Shown here: piece by piece, positions 18,561 through 28,313 of the stretch
Layout: every line of letters begins with the position of its first letter
How positions within the stretch are numbered: position 1 is the stretch's first letter
DNA from: Deltaproteobacteria bacterium
GTDB lineage: Bacteria > Myxococcota_A > UBA9160 > SMWR01
Assembly: GCA_032128115.1 (NCBI GenBank)
Contig: JAQBHB010000022.1
Coordinates: 1 to 64,000, forward strand
DNA length: 64,000 nucleotides
Reading direction: 5' to 3'
Translations under genes and position numbers: made by a program
Notes under the pieces: model-generated
What the model was told of the DNA's origin: nothing
The model's input: the letters and a program-made list of their open reading frames with translations, nothing else
The model's database searches: none

Positions 18561-21500
18561 GTGCCGGAACGCGCAACGACGCGGGCGTGGGACGTGGGGG
18601 TCGTGGTGGCGCTGGCGGTTGCCGCGCTGCTCTTCTGGAAGCTTCGCATCTTCGACCCGGCGCTGGACGAGCCCTTCCTCCCGAACCTGACCAACGTGGA
18701 CTTCTTCAGCTACGAAGTTCCGGTGGGCGCGGCGGTCGGCGAGGCGCTGCGACAGGGGCGGATTCCGCTGTGGAACCCCCACCAGTTCGCCGGCCACCCG
18801 TTCCTGGCGTCGGTTCCCTTCGGTGCCCTGTATCCCGGGAACCTTCCCTTCGTGTTCCTGCCGGCGCCCCTGGCCATCGAGGTCACGGTGGTATTGCATC
18901 TGATCGCCGCGGGATTGTTCCTGTTCCTGTACGCGCGCTCGATTCCCCTGGATCGCCCGGCGGCGATCGTGGCGGCCCTCACGTTCATGTTGGGGGGGTT
19001 CGTGACTTCGCGGGCGGTCTGGTTCACGCCGGCGTTGGCCGCCAGCGTCTGGCTGCCCCTGGCCTTCCTGGCCATCGAGCGGATATTCCGCAAGCCGGGT
19101 TTCGGCGCGTCGGTGCTGTTGGCGGTCGCCATCGCCATGCCCATCCTGGCGGGCTGGCTGCAGACCTGGACGTATTCCATGTATGCCGTGGCGCTGTACG
19201 CGAGCATCCGCCTCGCCATCCGCGTCTGGCGTGAAGGCGCGGCGGCAGCCACGCGGCCGCTGCTCCTGCTGGCGGCGGGAGGGCTGCTCGGTGTCGGGCT
19301 GGCGTCGGTTCAGCTCATCCCCAGCTTCGAGCTGCAGGCCCTCACGCCACGACGCGCGGGAGGCATGTCGCCGCAGCAGTCGCTCATCTTTGGCGGCACG
19401 CCGGCGGCGACGCTGCTGGCCGACGCCACGGATCCCGAACCCGGCCAACCGCGCTGGGTGTACCTGGGACTGGGCGCGCTGGTGTTGATGCCGCTCTCCT
19501 TGCTGGCCACTCGCGCGCGAGAACTCGTCGCGTGCCTGTGGCTCCTGGTGGCTCTGGGGCTCGGGGTCGCGCTGGGCGTCCACACGCCGATCTTCGCGGC
19601 GTTCCAGCAGCTGCCCACGGGATCCTGGTTTCGGACGCCCCAGCGGATCCTGTACCTCTACGCCTTCGCGGGCTCGCTGCTGGCGGGCTTCGGCGTTCAA
19701 ACGATCCTGGATCAGGAGGTGCGACCCGGTGTCCGCCGCTGGCTGGCGCCGACCGTCGTCACGCTCGCCGCGTTGGCACTTTGTGCGCCGGTTGATTCGG
19801 TGCGCGGCTTCGTCCTGTTGGCCGCCGCCGTGGCCGCTGCCTGGGCGATCGCCGCACTGCCTGCTTCTGGGGCGCGCAGGGCCGCTGTCTCTGGGGCGCG
19901 CAGGGCCGCGGTCGCCGCTCTGGTGGCGGTGGTGTTCTTCGACCTGTTCGGGGCCACTCGCAACTCGTTCAGGCATCCGCTCCACGAGCCGGCCCGGGTG
20001 GCGCAGGACCAGGCCGTGTTGGAGTTCGTTCGGAAACGGCAGGATCATTTCCGGACCTACGTGCACCAGCCCAGTGCGTTCGACTACAGCATGATGGCCA
20101 AACAGGCGACCCGGGTGGGGCTCTTCTCGATCACGGACTACGAGCCCCTGAGTCTGGAGCGAATGGCCAAGGTCTTCCGCAGTCTCGACGCGCGCGATGC
20201 GTCCACCCTCGACGCCCGTCCCTTCACCGGCACGCTCGACGCCGATCCCGCGGGTCCCCATTTCGCGCGCCTGGACCTGTTCAGTGTGCGCTTCCTGCTG
20301 GCACGCAGCGCAGACGAGGACTTCCTGGCAGGATTGGCACCGGGCGCCTGGAAGCCGGTGAGTCCCTCGCCCCGTGGGCGCTTCGCGGTCTACGAGCACC
20401 TGGACCCGTTGCCGCGGGCCTACGTCGCCTTCGACACGCAGCGGGTCGGGGACGCAGAAGCGGCGCTCGCGGCGATCCTGGCACCGGACTTCGACCCGCG
20501 CCGGCAGGTGGTGCTCGAGTCCCCGGGACCCGCTGCAACCGGGGAGGGCGGAATCGCACCGGCGCGCATCCTGGAGTACGCGCCGTCCCAGGTGGAGGTG
20601 GAGACCCGGGCCGAACAGCCCGGCTTCCTGGTGCTGACCGATACGTACTATCCGGGCTGGCAAGCTACGGTGGACGGCGAGCCCGTGACTCTCGAACGCG
20701 CCAACTACCTGTTCCGGGCGGTTCCCGTGCCGGCCGGTCGCCACCGGGTGGGCTTTCGCTACCGGCCGGCGAGTTTTCGCTGGGGCGCCGGCCTGACCCT
20801 GGCGGCGCTGCTGGCCATGGGGCTCGGCCTGGCTCGTGCCCGGCTCTCCCCACGCCGCCTGGCGTCTTCAGGTGTGGTGCTGCTCGCGCTTCTGGCGGCC
20901 GGCTGCGGCGGAAATCCGCCGCGGCCCAACGTGCTGGTCGTGGTCGTGGACACCCTGCGCCGGGACAGCCTCGGAAGCTACGGCCACCCGCGCGACCTGA
21001 GCCCCCGTCTGGACGCCCTGGCCCGGGAAGGCGTGCGCTTCGAGGAAGCCGTGACGGCGGCACCGCGTACCTGGCAATCCTTCACTTCGATTCTCACGGG
21101 TCTCTACCCGCCGCACCACGGTGTGCGGGCCATCTTCTCGCTCCCGCTGGGCGCCGGGATCCCCACCCTGGCCTCCCTGCTTGGCGACGCCGGCTACCAC
21201 ACCGCGGCCTTCGACGGCATGACGTTCCTGCGCGAGATGACCGGCGGCCATGGCTTCCAGGAGTTCGTCGACCCGCGCTCGCTCGGTTCGAGCAATCCCA
21301 TGCTGGGCGACGATCTTGTGATGGAGAACTTCCTGAACTGGCTCGAAGCCGCCCGCGAGCCCTTCTTCGCGTTCATCCGACTCTCGGCGCCACACTGGAC
21401 CTATGTGTGCGAGCCGGTCTTCCACTCCGAAGTGGAGAATCACGGCGCCATCGACCACGCCTTCAACGCGGGAAGCCACGGCCTGGGGCTTCGCCAGGGC

Positions 21501-22274
21501 GCGCTCGCCATCACCGACCTGGACGCGTACCGCGAGCGCTTCTACGGCTACCGGCCGACGCCCAGCGAGCTCAACCACATGCGGCTCCACTACGACGAGT
21601 GCGTGCACACCAGCGACGCGGCCATCGGGCGAGCCATTGATCGGTTGCGTGTGCGGGGCGACTGGGATTCGACGTTGTTGGTGGTGACCTCGGATCACGG
21701 CGAGAGCTTCGGCGAGCACGGGTATCTGCAACACGGCCCCCAGGTGGACGGCCCGGTCATGCGCATTCCCCTGCTGATGCGATTTCCGCCGGCGCTGGCC
21801 CAGGGGCGCAGCGGCGTCGAGGTGTCGCAGCTGGCGCGCACGGTGGATCTGTTGCCCACGATCGTGCAGGTGCTGGGTCTCCCGGTGCCGCCCGGAATCG
21901 ATGGCACCAGTCTGCTGCCGGCCGTGGACGAGGGCCGCGATCTGGCGCTCAGCGCCTACGGTGAAGCCGGCCGTTCGTTTCCCGGGGTCGATCGCGACGT
22001 CTATCTGTCGGGCGTCGCGGGCAAGTGGCGCATGCTCCGCACCCTCGACTGGAAGCTGATCCACATCCCGGACGAGAACGCGGGCATCGACCGTCTCTAT
22101 CACCTGACCCGCGACCCCGGCGAAACCACGGACGTGGCGGACCAGCACCCGGAGGTGGTTGCGGCGCTGCGGCGCGCGCTCGACCCGATCCTGGCGGCCG
22201 ACGCCGGCGCTCGCGAGGGCCCCTCGCTCAGCGAAGAAGAGAAGCAGAGGCTGCGGGCCCTGGGCTACCTGTGA
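18561..22274 (+). CDS. YfhO-family GT-C glycosyltransferase fused to a sulfatase-fold domain
   Basis: YfhO part: GRIPLWNPHQFAGHPF, LYPGN, LPRAY, LVLTDTYYPGWQATVDG, ANYLFRAV, GRHRVGFRYRP. Sulfatase-fold part: PNVLVVVVDTLRRD, TSDHGESFGEHG, LYHLTRDPGE, RLRALGYL. Confidence 0.88.
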   Translation: MPERATTRAWDVGVVVALAVAALLFWKLRIFDPALDEPFLPNLTNVDFFSYEVPVGAAVGEALRQGRIPLWNPHQFAGHPFLASVPFGALYPGNLPFVFLPAPLAIEVTVVLHLIAAGLFLFLYARSIPLDRPAAIVAALTFMLGGFVTSRAVWFTPALAASVWLPLAFLAIERIFRKPGFGASVLLAVAIAMPILAGWLQTWTYSMYAVALYASIRLAIRVWREGAAAATRPLLLLAAGGLLGVGLASVQLIPSFELQALTPRRAGGMSPQQSLIFGGTPAATLLADATDPEPGQPRWVYLGLGALVLMPLSLLATRARELVACLWLLVALGLGVALGVHTPIFAAFQQLPTGSWFRTPQRILYLYAFAGSLLAGFGVQTILDQEVRPGVRRWLAPTVVTLAALALCAPVDSVRGFVLLAAAVAAAWAIAALPASGARRAAVSGARRAAVAALVAVVFFDLFGATRNSFRHPLHEPARVAQDQAVLEFVRKRQDHFRTYVHQPSAFDYSMMAKQATRVGLFSITDYEPLSLERMAKVFRSLDARDASTLDARPFTGTLDADPAGPHFARLDLFSVRFLLARSADEDFLAGLAPGAWKPVSPSPRGRFAVYEHLDPLPRAYVAFDTQRVGDAEAALAAILAPDFDPRRQVVLESPGPAATGEGGIAPARILEYAPSQVEVETRAEQPGFLVLTDTYYPGWQATVDGEPVTLERANYLFRAVPVPAGRHRVGFRYRPASFRWGAGLTLAALLAMGLGLARARLSPRRLASSGVVLLALLAAGCGGNPPRPNVLVVVVDTLRRDSLGSYGHPRDLSPRLDALAREGVRFEEAVTAAPRTWQSFTSILTGLYPPHHGVRAIFSLPLGAGIPTLASLLGDAGYHTAAFDGMTFLREMTGGHGFQEFVDPRSLGSSNPMLGDDLVMENFLNWLEAAREPFFAFIRLSAPHWTYVCEPVFHSEVENHGAIDHAFNAGSHGLGLRQGALAITDLDAYRERFYGYRPTPSELNHMRLHYDECVHTSDAAIGRAIDRLRVRGDWDSTLLVVTSDHGESFGEHGYLQHGPQVDGPVMRIPLLMRFPPALAQGRSGVEVSQLARTVDLLPTIVQVLGLPVPPGIDGTSLLPAVDEGRDLALSAYGEAGRSFPGVDRDVYLSGVAGKWRMLRTLDWKLIHIPDENAGIDRLYHLTRDPGETTDVADQHPEVVAALRRALDPILAADAGAREGPSLSEEEKQRLRALGYL
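19866..19913 (+). repeat. 24-bp in-frame tandem duplication (SGARRAAV x2)
   Basis: tctggggcgcgcagggccgc(t/g)gtc twice. Confidence 0.85.
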
Positions 22275-22293
22275 GCGGTCGCGTGCGCGCGCT

Positions 22294-23106
22294 TCACGGC
22301 GCGGCTTGCGGCGGCTTGCGGTACCGCAGGTAGAGATCGTTCCCCAGGAAGAAGCGCACCAGAGCGAAGCGCCCCAGGCTCGCCGCGAAGCCCACCAGCC
22401 CGCTCTGGGACAGCGCCTGGGTGTGGCGGTGCTTCGACGAGCGCAAGAGGTCGCTGCCGATCCACATCTGCGCGCCTTCGAGTCCGGCCAGGCGGACCAC
22501 CTTGCGCAGGCTCAGCAGGTTGTACTCGTGGACGTGGACGCCCTGGTTCACCTTCATGTGCTCTTCCAGCACGTCCACCGCTCCGGAATCGATCCTGCGC
22601 AGGATGGGCTTCACCAGCGGCAGCACCCAATGGGTGAAGACCGTGTTGGGAGAGGTGTGGAGGAACACGAACCCTCCCGGCTTCAGCACCCGCTGGATCT
22701 CGCGCAGCATGAGCACGCCGTCTTCCAGGTCCTGGTGCTCGAGCACGTCGCCCGAGTAGACCCGATCGAAGGAGTTGGACTCGAACGGCAGGTCCTTGCA
22801 GTCGGCCACCCGCAGGTCGGCGTCCGGAAAATCGGCCAGGGTCTGTCTGCCGATCTCGAGGGCGGCGGGTGAGTAGTCGATGGCCGACACCCGCGCGCCG
22901 CGCTCGGCACAGTGGCGCAGGAATTCCCCGCGCCCGAACCCCACCTCCAGCAGGCTCACCCCGGGCTTCAGGTCGAGCTCCGACAGCTGCAGCTGCTTCA
23001 CGAAGCTCATTTCCCCGGCCTCGAACTCTTCGAAGCCCTCGGTGCAGGCGCTCAGGAGATACGCCTTGTCGTAGCGTTCGGCGGGAACTCGCCGCTTGCT
23101 TGCCAT
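22294..23106 (-). CDS. Class I SAM-dependent methyltransferase
   Basis: LLEVGFGRG, AIDYS, LPFESNSFD, DVLEH, RVLKPGG. Confidence 0.92.
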   Translation of the reverse strand: MASKRRVPAERYDKAYLLSACTEGFEEFEAGEMSFVKQLQLSELDLKPGVSLLEVGFGRGEFLRHCAERGARVSAIDYSPAALEIGRQTLADFPDADLRVADCKDLPFESNSFDRVYSGDVLEHQDLEDGVLMLREIQRVLKPGGFVFLHTSPNTVFTHWVLPLVKPILRRIDSGAVDVLEEHMKVNQGVHVHEYNLLSLRKVVRLAGLEGAQMWIGSDLLRSSKHRHTQALSQSGLVGFAASLGRFALVRFFLGNDLYLRYRKPPQAAP

Positions 23107-23279
23107 GGAATTGCGTCCTTGGGATTCGTCCTCGCGTGGGGCGCGGGGCCCGTCGCGCGGAACCGCAGGGTAACACGGAAACCCATCCGGAAACCCAATG
23201 GGACCGGGCGCGTTTGGACCCTTGCGAGGAATGGCATTAGAATGAATCGGCTGTCTATCGCAGCCCCCAGGAAACCCGA

Positions 23280-23708
23280 TTGAAGCTCCATACCCCCCGC
23301 AGGCTCTCGCCGTCCCAGCGCCAGATCGTGGCCAGAATCGTCGGCCGCGTGCTGCCTGCGCGGCCCTGCCTCAGCGCGCCCGAGCGGGCGCGGGTGCACT
23401 CGGCGGTCACCGGATTCGTGGCCTCCCAGATCGAGGCCCTGCCCACATTCCTGGCGCTGCCGTATCGCGTCGCCCTGGTTGCTTTCCAGCTGCTTCCCGC
23501 CCTGCGCTACGGCCGGCGTTTCGACAGCCTGGACGACGCGTCCCAGGCCGCCTACCTGACGCTCTGGAGCGAGGGACCGCTGGCCCCGGCCCGAGACTTC
23601 ACCAAGCTGATTCGCAGTTGCGCATTGCTTGCGTATTTCGATCATCCGGACGTGCGCAGCCACCTTCCCATGCCGGGCGACCCGTGTCCCATGCCGGGCG
23701 CCCCGTGA
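23280..23708 (+). CDS. Hypothetical protein, probable small partner subunit of the downstream GMC oxidoreductase
   Basis: RRFDSLD...YL..W...FTKLIRSCALLAYFDHPDV resembles small subunits found before GMC genes; GTGA overlap with the GMC gene. Confidence 0.65.
   Translation: MKLHTPRRLSPSQRQIVARIVGRVLPARPCLSAPERARVHSAVTGFVASQIEALPTFLALPYRVALVAFQLLPALRYGRRFDSLDDASQAAYLTLWSEGPLAPARDFTKLIRSCALLAYFDHPDVRSHLPMPGDPCPMPGAP
23666..23707 (+). repeat. 21-bp tandem duplication at the gene junction
   Basis: tcccatgccgggcgacccgtg / tcccatgccgggcgccccgtg, one mismatch. Confidence 0.85.
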
Positions 23709-26251
23709 CGGCGTCCCCCCACGTGATCGATCGTTCGGGCAACCCGCTGCGCGCTCAGGTGGTGGTGATCGGCTCTGGCGCCGGTGGTGCTCTCACGGCC
23801 GCAGTGCTTGCGGAGCGCGACTACGACGTGATCCTTCTGGAGGAAGGGCCCGACGTGGACACCGAGGCCATTCCCACCAACTCCATCGAGGCGATCTCGC
23901 GCCTGTATCGCAACGGTGGCATGACGCCGATCCTGGGCCGCCAGAGCATGGCCTACGTGGAGGGCTGCTGTGTGGGCGGTTCCACCGAGGTGAACAGCGG
24001 TTTCTGGCACCGACTGCCGCCGGACTCCTATTACCGCTGGAAGGCCGACTACCTGCTGGACGGCTTCACGCCCGAAATGATGGAGGACTACTTCGAGCGG
24101 GTGGAAGCGGATCTCTCGGTCTCGCGCTCGGGCCGTTCGGGCGAGACCCGGGGCTCGGCGGTCCTGCGCGAGGGCATCGAGAGCCTGGGCTGGAAGTACG
24201 AGGAGGTGCCCCGCTGCCAGAAGGATCCCAGCGCCAGCGCCTTCGGCCCGGGTGTCAAGCAGTCCATGCAGCGCACCTACATCCCGCGCGCCCTGGAAGC
24301 CGGCGCGCGCATGATCCCCAACTGCAAGGTGCGCAAGATCGCACTGGAAGAGGGCCGGGCGGTGGGGGTCGACGCCGTGGTGCGCGAGGGCGGCCGCAGT
24401 GCCGACTGGCGGATCCGCGCCGATGTGATCTTCGTGTGCTGTGGCGCCATCCAGACACCGGCGCTGCTGCGCAGGAGTGGCGTCCGCCGCAACGTGGGCA
24501 ACAGCCTGCGCATCCATCCCATGATCAAGGCGGCGGCTCGCTTCGACCACGAGGTCGACGCCTACGACGCGGCGATTCCGATCTATCAGGTCAAGGAATT
24601 CTGGCCGACGATCACCCTGGGCGGCTCGGTCTTCACCCCGGGCTTCCTGGCCATGCTGCTGTCCGACAACTGGGAGGCGCACCAGGGTGCCATGGAGGGC
24701 TGCCACCAGATGGGGCTCTACCACGCGGCGACGCGGGGCCTCAACCGGGGCAGCATCCGCGTATTGCCCGGCGTGGACGAGGGCGTGGTGGTCCGGTACC
24801 GACTGAACCGCGCCGACCAGCGCAATCTGAGCATCGGATTGGCGCGCCTGGGCGAGCTGTTGTTCGCCGCCGGAGCCAAAGCGGTGTATCCGTCGCTGCG
24901 TTCCTTCCCGGTGCTCACGTCCGCCGAGCAGTGCCGCAGCTTCCTCCAGACCGACATTCCACTGTCGGCCATGAGTCTTTCCACGGTGCACGTGTTCAGC
25001 AGCTGCCCCATGGGAGAGAACCCGGACCTGTGCGCCACCGACTCGTTCGGCCGCGTGCGCGGCTTCGAGAATCTGCACGTGAACGACGCGAGCCTGATCC
25101 CCGACTCACCCGGCGTGAATCCCCAGGGCAGCACCATGGCAATCGCCCTGCGCAACGTGGAGCACTTCCTGGAGGACTCCGAGCGCAAACGCCGCCTGCC
25201 CGGGCGCCGCGAGACCCGGACGCCCCGGGCCGACGTGCTGGTCACCGGCGCCACGGGCTGGTTGGGCACCGCGTTGGTGGAAACGCTCTATGCCGAACCC
25301 GAGGCCGCGGACGCCGGGGTGCGCTGCCTGGTGCCGCGGGGCATGGATGCGAGCCCGCTCACGGCCATCTCCGACCGGGTGGGTGTGGCCATCGGGGACC
25401 TGCGCGATCCCGAGTCGCTTCGCGACTTCTGCCGCCGCGCCGAGGGCGCGACCCTGATCCACGCAGCCGGCATCATCCATCCCCGGCGCACCCGCGAGTT
25501 CGACCAGATCAACGTGGAGGGCACACGCGCGCTGCTTTCGGCGGCGCGCGACGCGGGGGTCAAGCGCGTGGTGGTGGTGTCGTCCAACTCGGCCATCGGC
25601 TGCAATCCCCGCAGCGACCATCGGTTCGACGAGCAGTCGCCCTACGATCCGTACCTGGGCTACGGCCGCTCCAAGGCCGAGATGGAGCGCATCGTGACCC
25701 AGGCCCAGGCGGGGGGCGACATCGAAGCGGTGATCGTGCGGGCGCCCTGGTTCTACGGCCCGCACCAGCCGGCGCGCCAGACCCAGTTCTTCCACATGAT
25801 CCGCCAGGGTCGCTTCCCGATCCTGGGCGACGGCAATCAAAAGCGTTCCATGGCCTACGTGGACAACCTGTGCCAGGGCCTGCTGCTGGCGGCGAAGGTT
25901 CCGGCCGCTGCCGGCGAGATCTACTGGATCGCCGACGAGCGCCCCTACACCATGAACGAGATCGTGGACACGGTGGAAGACGTACTCGAGAACGAATTCG
26001 GGATCCGTTGCCGCCGCACGCGCCTGCGGCTGCCGGCGATCGTGGGCGACCTGGCCCAGGCCGCCGATGGCGCCCTGCAGGCGCTCGGCCTCTACGAGCA
26101 GCGTGTCCACGTGCTCGGCGAGATGAACAAGACCATTGCCTGCTCCATCGAGAAGGCGAAGGTCGAGCTGGGCTATGTGCCGCGCTTCTCGCTGCGCGAG
26201 GGCATGGTCGCCTCGGTCCGCTGGTGCCTCGAGAACGGCCAGCACCTCTAG
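23705..26251 (+). CDS. GMC-family flavin oxidoreductase fused to an extended SDR (NAD-dependent epimerase/dehydratase, 3-beta-HSD-like)
   Basis: VVIGSGAGG, GCCVGGSTEVNSG, GAIQTPALL, HVFSSCPMG, DASLIPDSPGVNPQGS. Then VLVTGATGWLG, NVEGT, YGRSK. Confidence 0.9.
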   Translation: MTASPHVIDRSGNPLRAQVVVIGSGAGGALTAAVLAERDYDVILLEEGPDVDTEAIPTNSIEAISRLYRNGGMTPILGRQSMAYVEGCCVGGSTEVNSGFWHRLPPDSYYRWKADYLLDGFTPEMMEDYFERVEADLSVSRSGRSGETRGSAVLREGIESLGWKYEEVPRCQKDPSASAFGPGVKQSMQRTYIPRALEAGARMIPNCKVRKIALEEGRAVGVDAVVREGGRSADWRIRADVIFVCCGAIQTPALLRRSGVRRNVGNSLRIHPMIKAAARFDHEVDAYDAAIPIYQVKEFWPTITLGGSVFTPGFLAMLLSDNWEAHQGAMEGCHQMGLYHAATRGLNRGSIRVLPGVDEGVVVRYRLNRADQRNLSIGLARLGELLFAAGAKAVYPSLRSFPVLTSAEQCRSFLQTDIPLSAMSLSTVHVFSSCPMGENPDLCATDSFGRVRGFENLHVNDASLIPDSPGVNPQGSTMAIALRNVEHFLEDSERKRRLPGRRETRTPRADVLVTGATGWLGTALVETLYAEPEAADAGVRCLVPRGMDASPLTAISDRVGVAIGDLRDPESLRDFCRRAEGATLIHAAGIIHPRRTREFDQINVEGTRALLSAARDAGVKRVVVVSSNSAIGCNPRSDHRFDEQSPYDPYLGYGRSKAEMERIVTQAQAGGDIEAVIVRAPWFYGPHQPARQTQFFHMIRQGRFPILGDGNQKRSMAYVDNLCQGLLLAAKVPAAAGEIYWIADERPYTMNEIVDTVEDVLENEFGIRCRRTRLRLPAIVGDLAQAADGALQALGLYEQRVHVLGEMNKTIACSIEKAKVELGYVPRFSLREGMVASVRWCLENGQHL

Positions 26252-26261
26252 GCGGCCCATC

Positions 26262-27299
26262 GTGAGTCAGAGCGCACTCATCACCGGCGGTTCCGGCTAC
26301 TTCGGATGTCTTCTCCGCGATCGCCTGTTGGAGCAGGGCTGGAAGATTCGCGTCTTCGATCTCGTGGACGCCGACGACCGACCGGAGGCGGTCGAATTCG
26401 TGCCGGGTGACATCCGCGACGCCGCGGCCATCCGCACCGCTTGTGAGGGTGCCGATGTGGTCTTTCACAACGTGGCCCAGGTGCCACTCGCGAAGGATCG
26501 GGCGCTCTTCTGGTCGGTGAACCTGGACGGCACCGAGAACCTGCTGGCCGCCGTGCGCGACGCCGGGGTCGGCAAGCTGGTGCACACCTCGTCCAGCGCG
26601 ATCTTCGGCGTTCCGGCCCGCAATCCGGTGGACGAGAATCTCGAGCCCGTTCCCGGCGAGGCCTACGGCGCCGCCAAGCTGGCGGCCGAGCAGCGGGTGC
26701 GATCGTACGTGGAGGAGCACGGAATCGACGCGACCATCCTGCGGCCGCGAACGATCCTGGGCCACGGGCGTCTGGGCATCTTCCAGATCCTGTTCGACTG
26801 GGTGGAGCGCGGCTGGAACATTCCAGTGCTGGGCCGGGGTGACAACGTCTACCAGTTCGTACACGCCGACGATCTGGCCGACGCCTGCCTCCGGGCCGCC
26901 GGGCGCCCGGGATTCGCGGTCTACAACATTGGCGCCGCGACCTTCGGCAGCATGCGCGAGACGCTGGAAGCGCTGTGCCGTCACGCCGGCACCGGCAGCC
27001 GCGTGCGATCGGTTCCCATGGCGCCCGCCATCTGGGCCATGAAGGCCACCAGTGCCTTGGGACTCTCGCCGCTCGGCCCCTACCACGCGCTCATGTACGG
27101 GCGCAGCCTCTACTTCGACATCACCCGCGCCACCCGCGAGCTCGATTGGAAGCCCGCCTGGTCGAGCGACGACATGATGTGCCAGTCCTATGACTGGTAT
27201 CACCAGCATCGCGACGAGATCCAGCGCCGGACCGACGGATCGCCTCACCGTTCGGCGGTCGAGCAGGGAATCCTCTCCCTGGTGGGGCGATTCCTGTAG
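26262..27299 (+). CDS. Extended SDR (NAD-dependent epimerase/dehydratase, 3-beta-HSD-like)
   Basis: ITGGSGYFG, GDIRD, NLDGT, TSSSAIFG, YGAAK, LRP. Confidence 0.9.
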   Translation: MSQSALITGGSGYFGCLLRDRLLEQGWKIRVFDLVDADDRPEAVEFVPGDIRDAAAIRTACEGADVVFHNVAQVPLAKDRALFWSVNLDGTENLLAAVRDAGVGKLVHTSSSAIFGVPARNPVDENLEPVPGEAYGAAKLAAEQRVRSYVEEHGIDATILRPRTILGHGRLGIFQILFDWVERGWNIPVLGRGDNVYQFVHADDLADACLRAAGRPGFAVYNIGAATFGSMRETLEALCRHAGTGSRVRSVPMAPAIWAMKATSALGLSPLGPYHALMYGRSLYFDITRATRELDWKPAWSSDDMMCQSYDWYHQHRDEIQRRTDGSPHRSAVEQGILSLVGRFL

Positions 27300-27315
27300 T
27301 GCCGGGCGCGCGTTC

Positions 27316-28296
27316 TTGAAGACCGAGCGCTACGCAGCCATCGACATCCTCAAGGCGCTGGCCATCGTCGCAGTCGTCGTCACCCACGCGGGCTTCTGGG
27401 ACCGGGATCCGCGCTTCACGTGGGCCGATCGCATCCTGCGGGGCTCGTGGGTTCCCTTCCAGGTGCCCGTCTTCTACGTGGTATCCGGCTTCCTCTACTA
27501 CCAGGCCACTTCGATCGGCTGGCGGACCGTCGCCCAGCGGCTGCACAGGATCCTGCTGCCGTATCTGCTCGCATCGCTGGCGGTCTTCGCGCTGGGCCTC
27601 TCGGCGCCGGGAACCCCGATCGTTCGTGCGCTCCTGACCGGGTCGGCACTCGAGATCTACTACTTCATCTTCGCTCTCGCGTGCTGCATCGCGTTTCTGC
27701 CGCTGCTCTCGCGCCTTCCGCGGGCCGGCCTGGTGGCGGCGCTGGCTGCGCTGGTCGTCTACGAGATCGCGGTCCTCCGCGATCCCACGTTGCGCCTGGC
27801 GGGGCCCCTGCACCTGTTCTGGTTCCCCCGAGACCCGTTCTCCTCCTTCGCCCTGGGACTGTTCGTGAGTGGATTCCTCGCGGCCGCCGCCCTGCCGCAG
27901 ATCCGCGCGTGGCACGAGCGCTGGCCGTGGGCCCTGCCGACCTTCGCCAGCCTGGCGATCGCAGTCTGGTTCGCGCGCTTCTTCGAGCTCCTGGATCTGG
28001 GGAGCTCCGTCTTTCCGGTGCGGGTGCTCTATGCCTACGGGGTGATTGCCGCCGTGGTGGTGCTCGCCGCGGGCCGTCGCGTCCCCGCGCCCATCGCGTT
28101 CCTGAGCAACGCGACCCTCGCGATCTATCTCTACCACCGCTTCGCACAGGTGCCGCTGATCGGTGTGACCCTGGATTGGCCGGCGCCACTGCGGATCCTG
28201 GTCATGACGATCTCCGGCGTTGTCGTCCCCTGCACCGCCCTGGCCCTAGTTCGGCGCGGGAGTCCCCGGTGGTCGCGGAGGCTGCTCGGAGCCTGA
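27316..28296 (+). CDS. Acyltransferase family 3 (OafA-like membrane O-acyltransferase)
   Basis: IDILKALAIVAVVVTHA, VPVFYVVSGFL, RILLPYL, YYF, TLAIYLYH; about 10 TM helices. Confidence 0.85.
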   Translation: MKTERYAAIDILKALAIVAVVVTHAGFWDRDPRFTWADRILRGSWVPFQVPVFYVVSGFLYYQATSIGWRTVAQRLHRILLPYLLASLAVFALGLSAPGTPIVRALLTGSALEIYYFIFALACCIAFLPLLSRLPRAGLVAALAALVVYEIAVLRDPTLRLAGPLHLFWFPRDPFSSFALGLFVSGFLAAAALPQIRAWHERWPWALPTFASLAIAVWFARFFELLDLGSSVFPVRVLYAYGVIAAVVVLAAGRRVPAPIAFLSNATLAIYLYHRFAQVPLIGVTLDWPAPLRILVMTISGVVVPCTALALVRRGSPRWSRRLLGA

Positions 28297-28313
28297 GGTT
28301 CGTGCGGGGCGGT

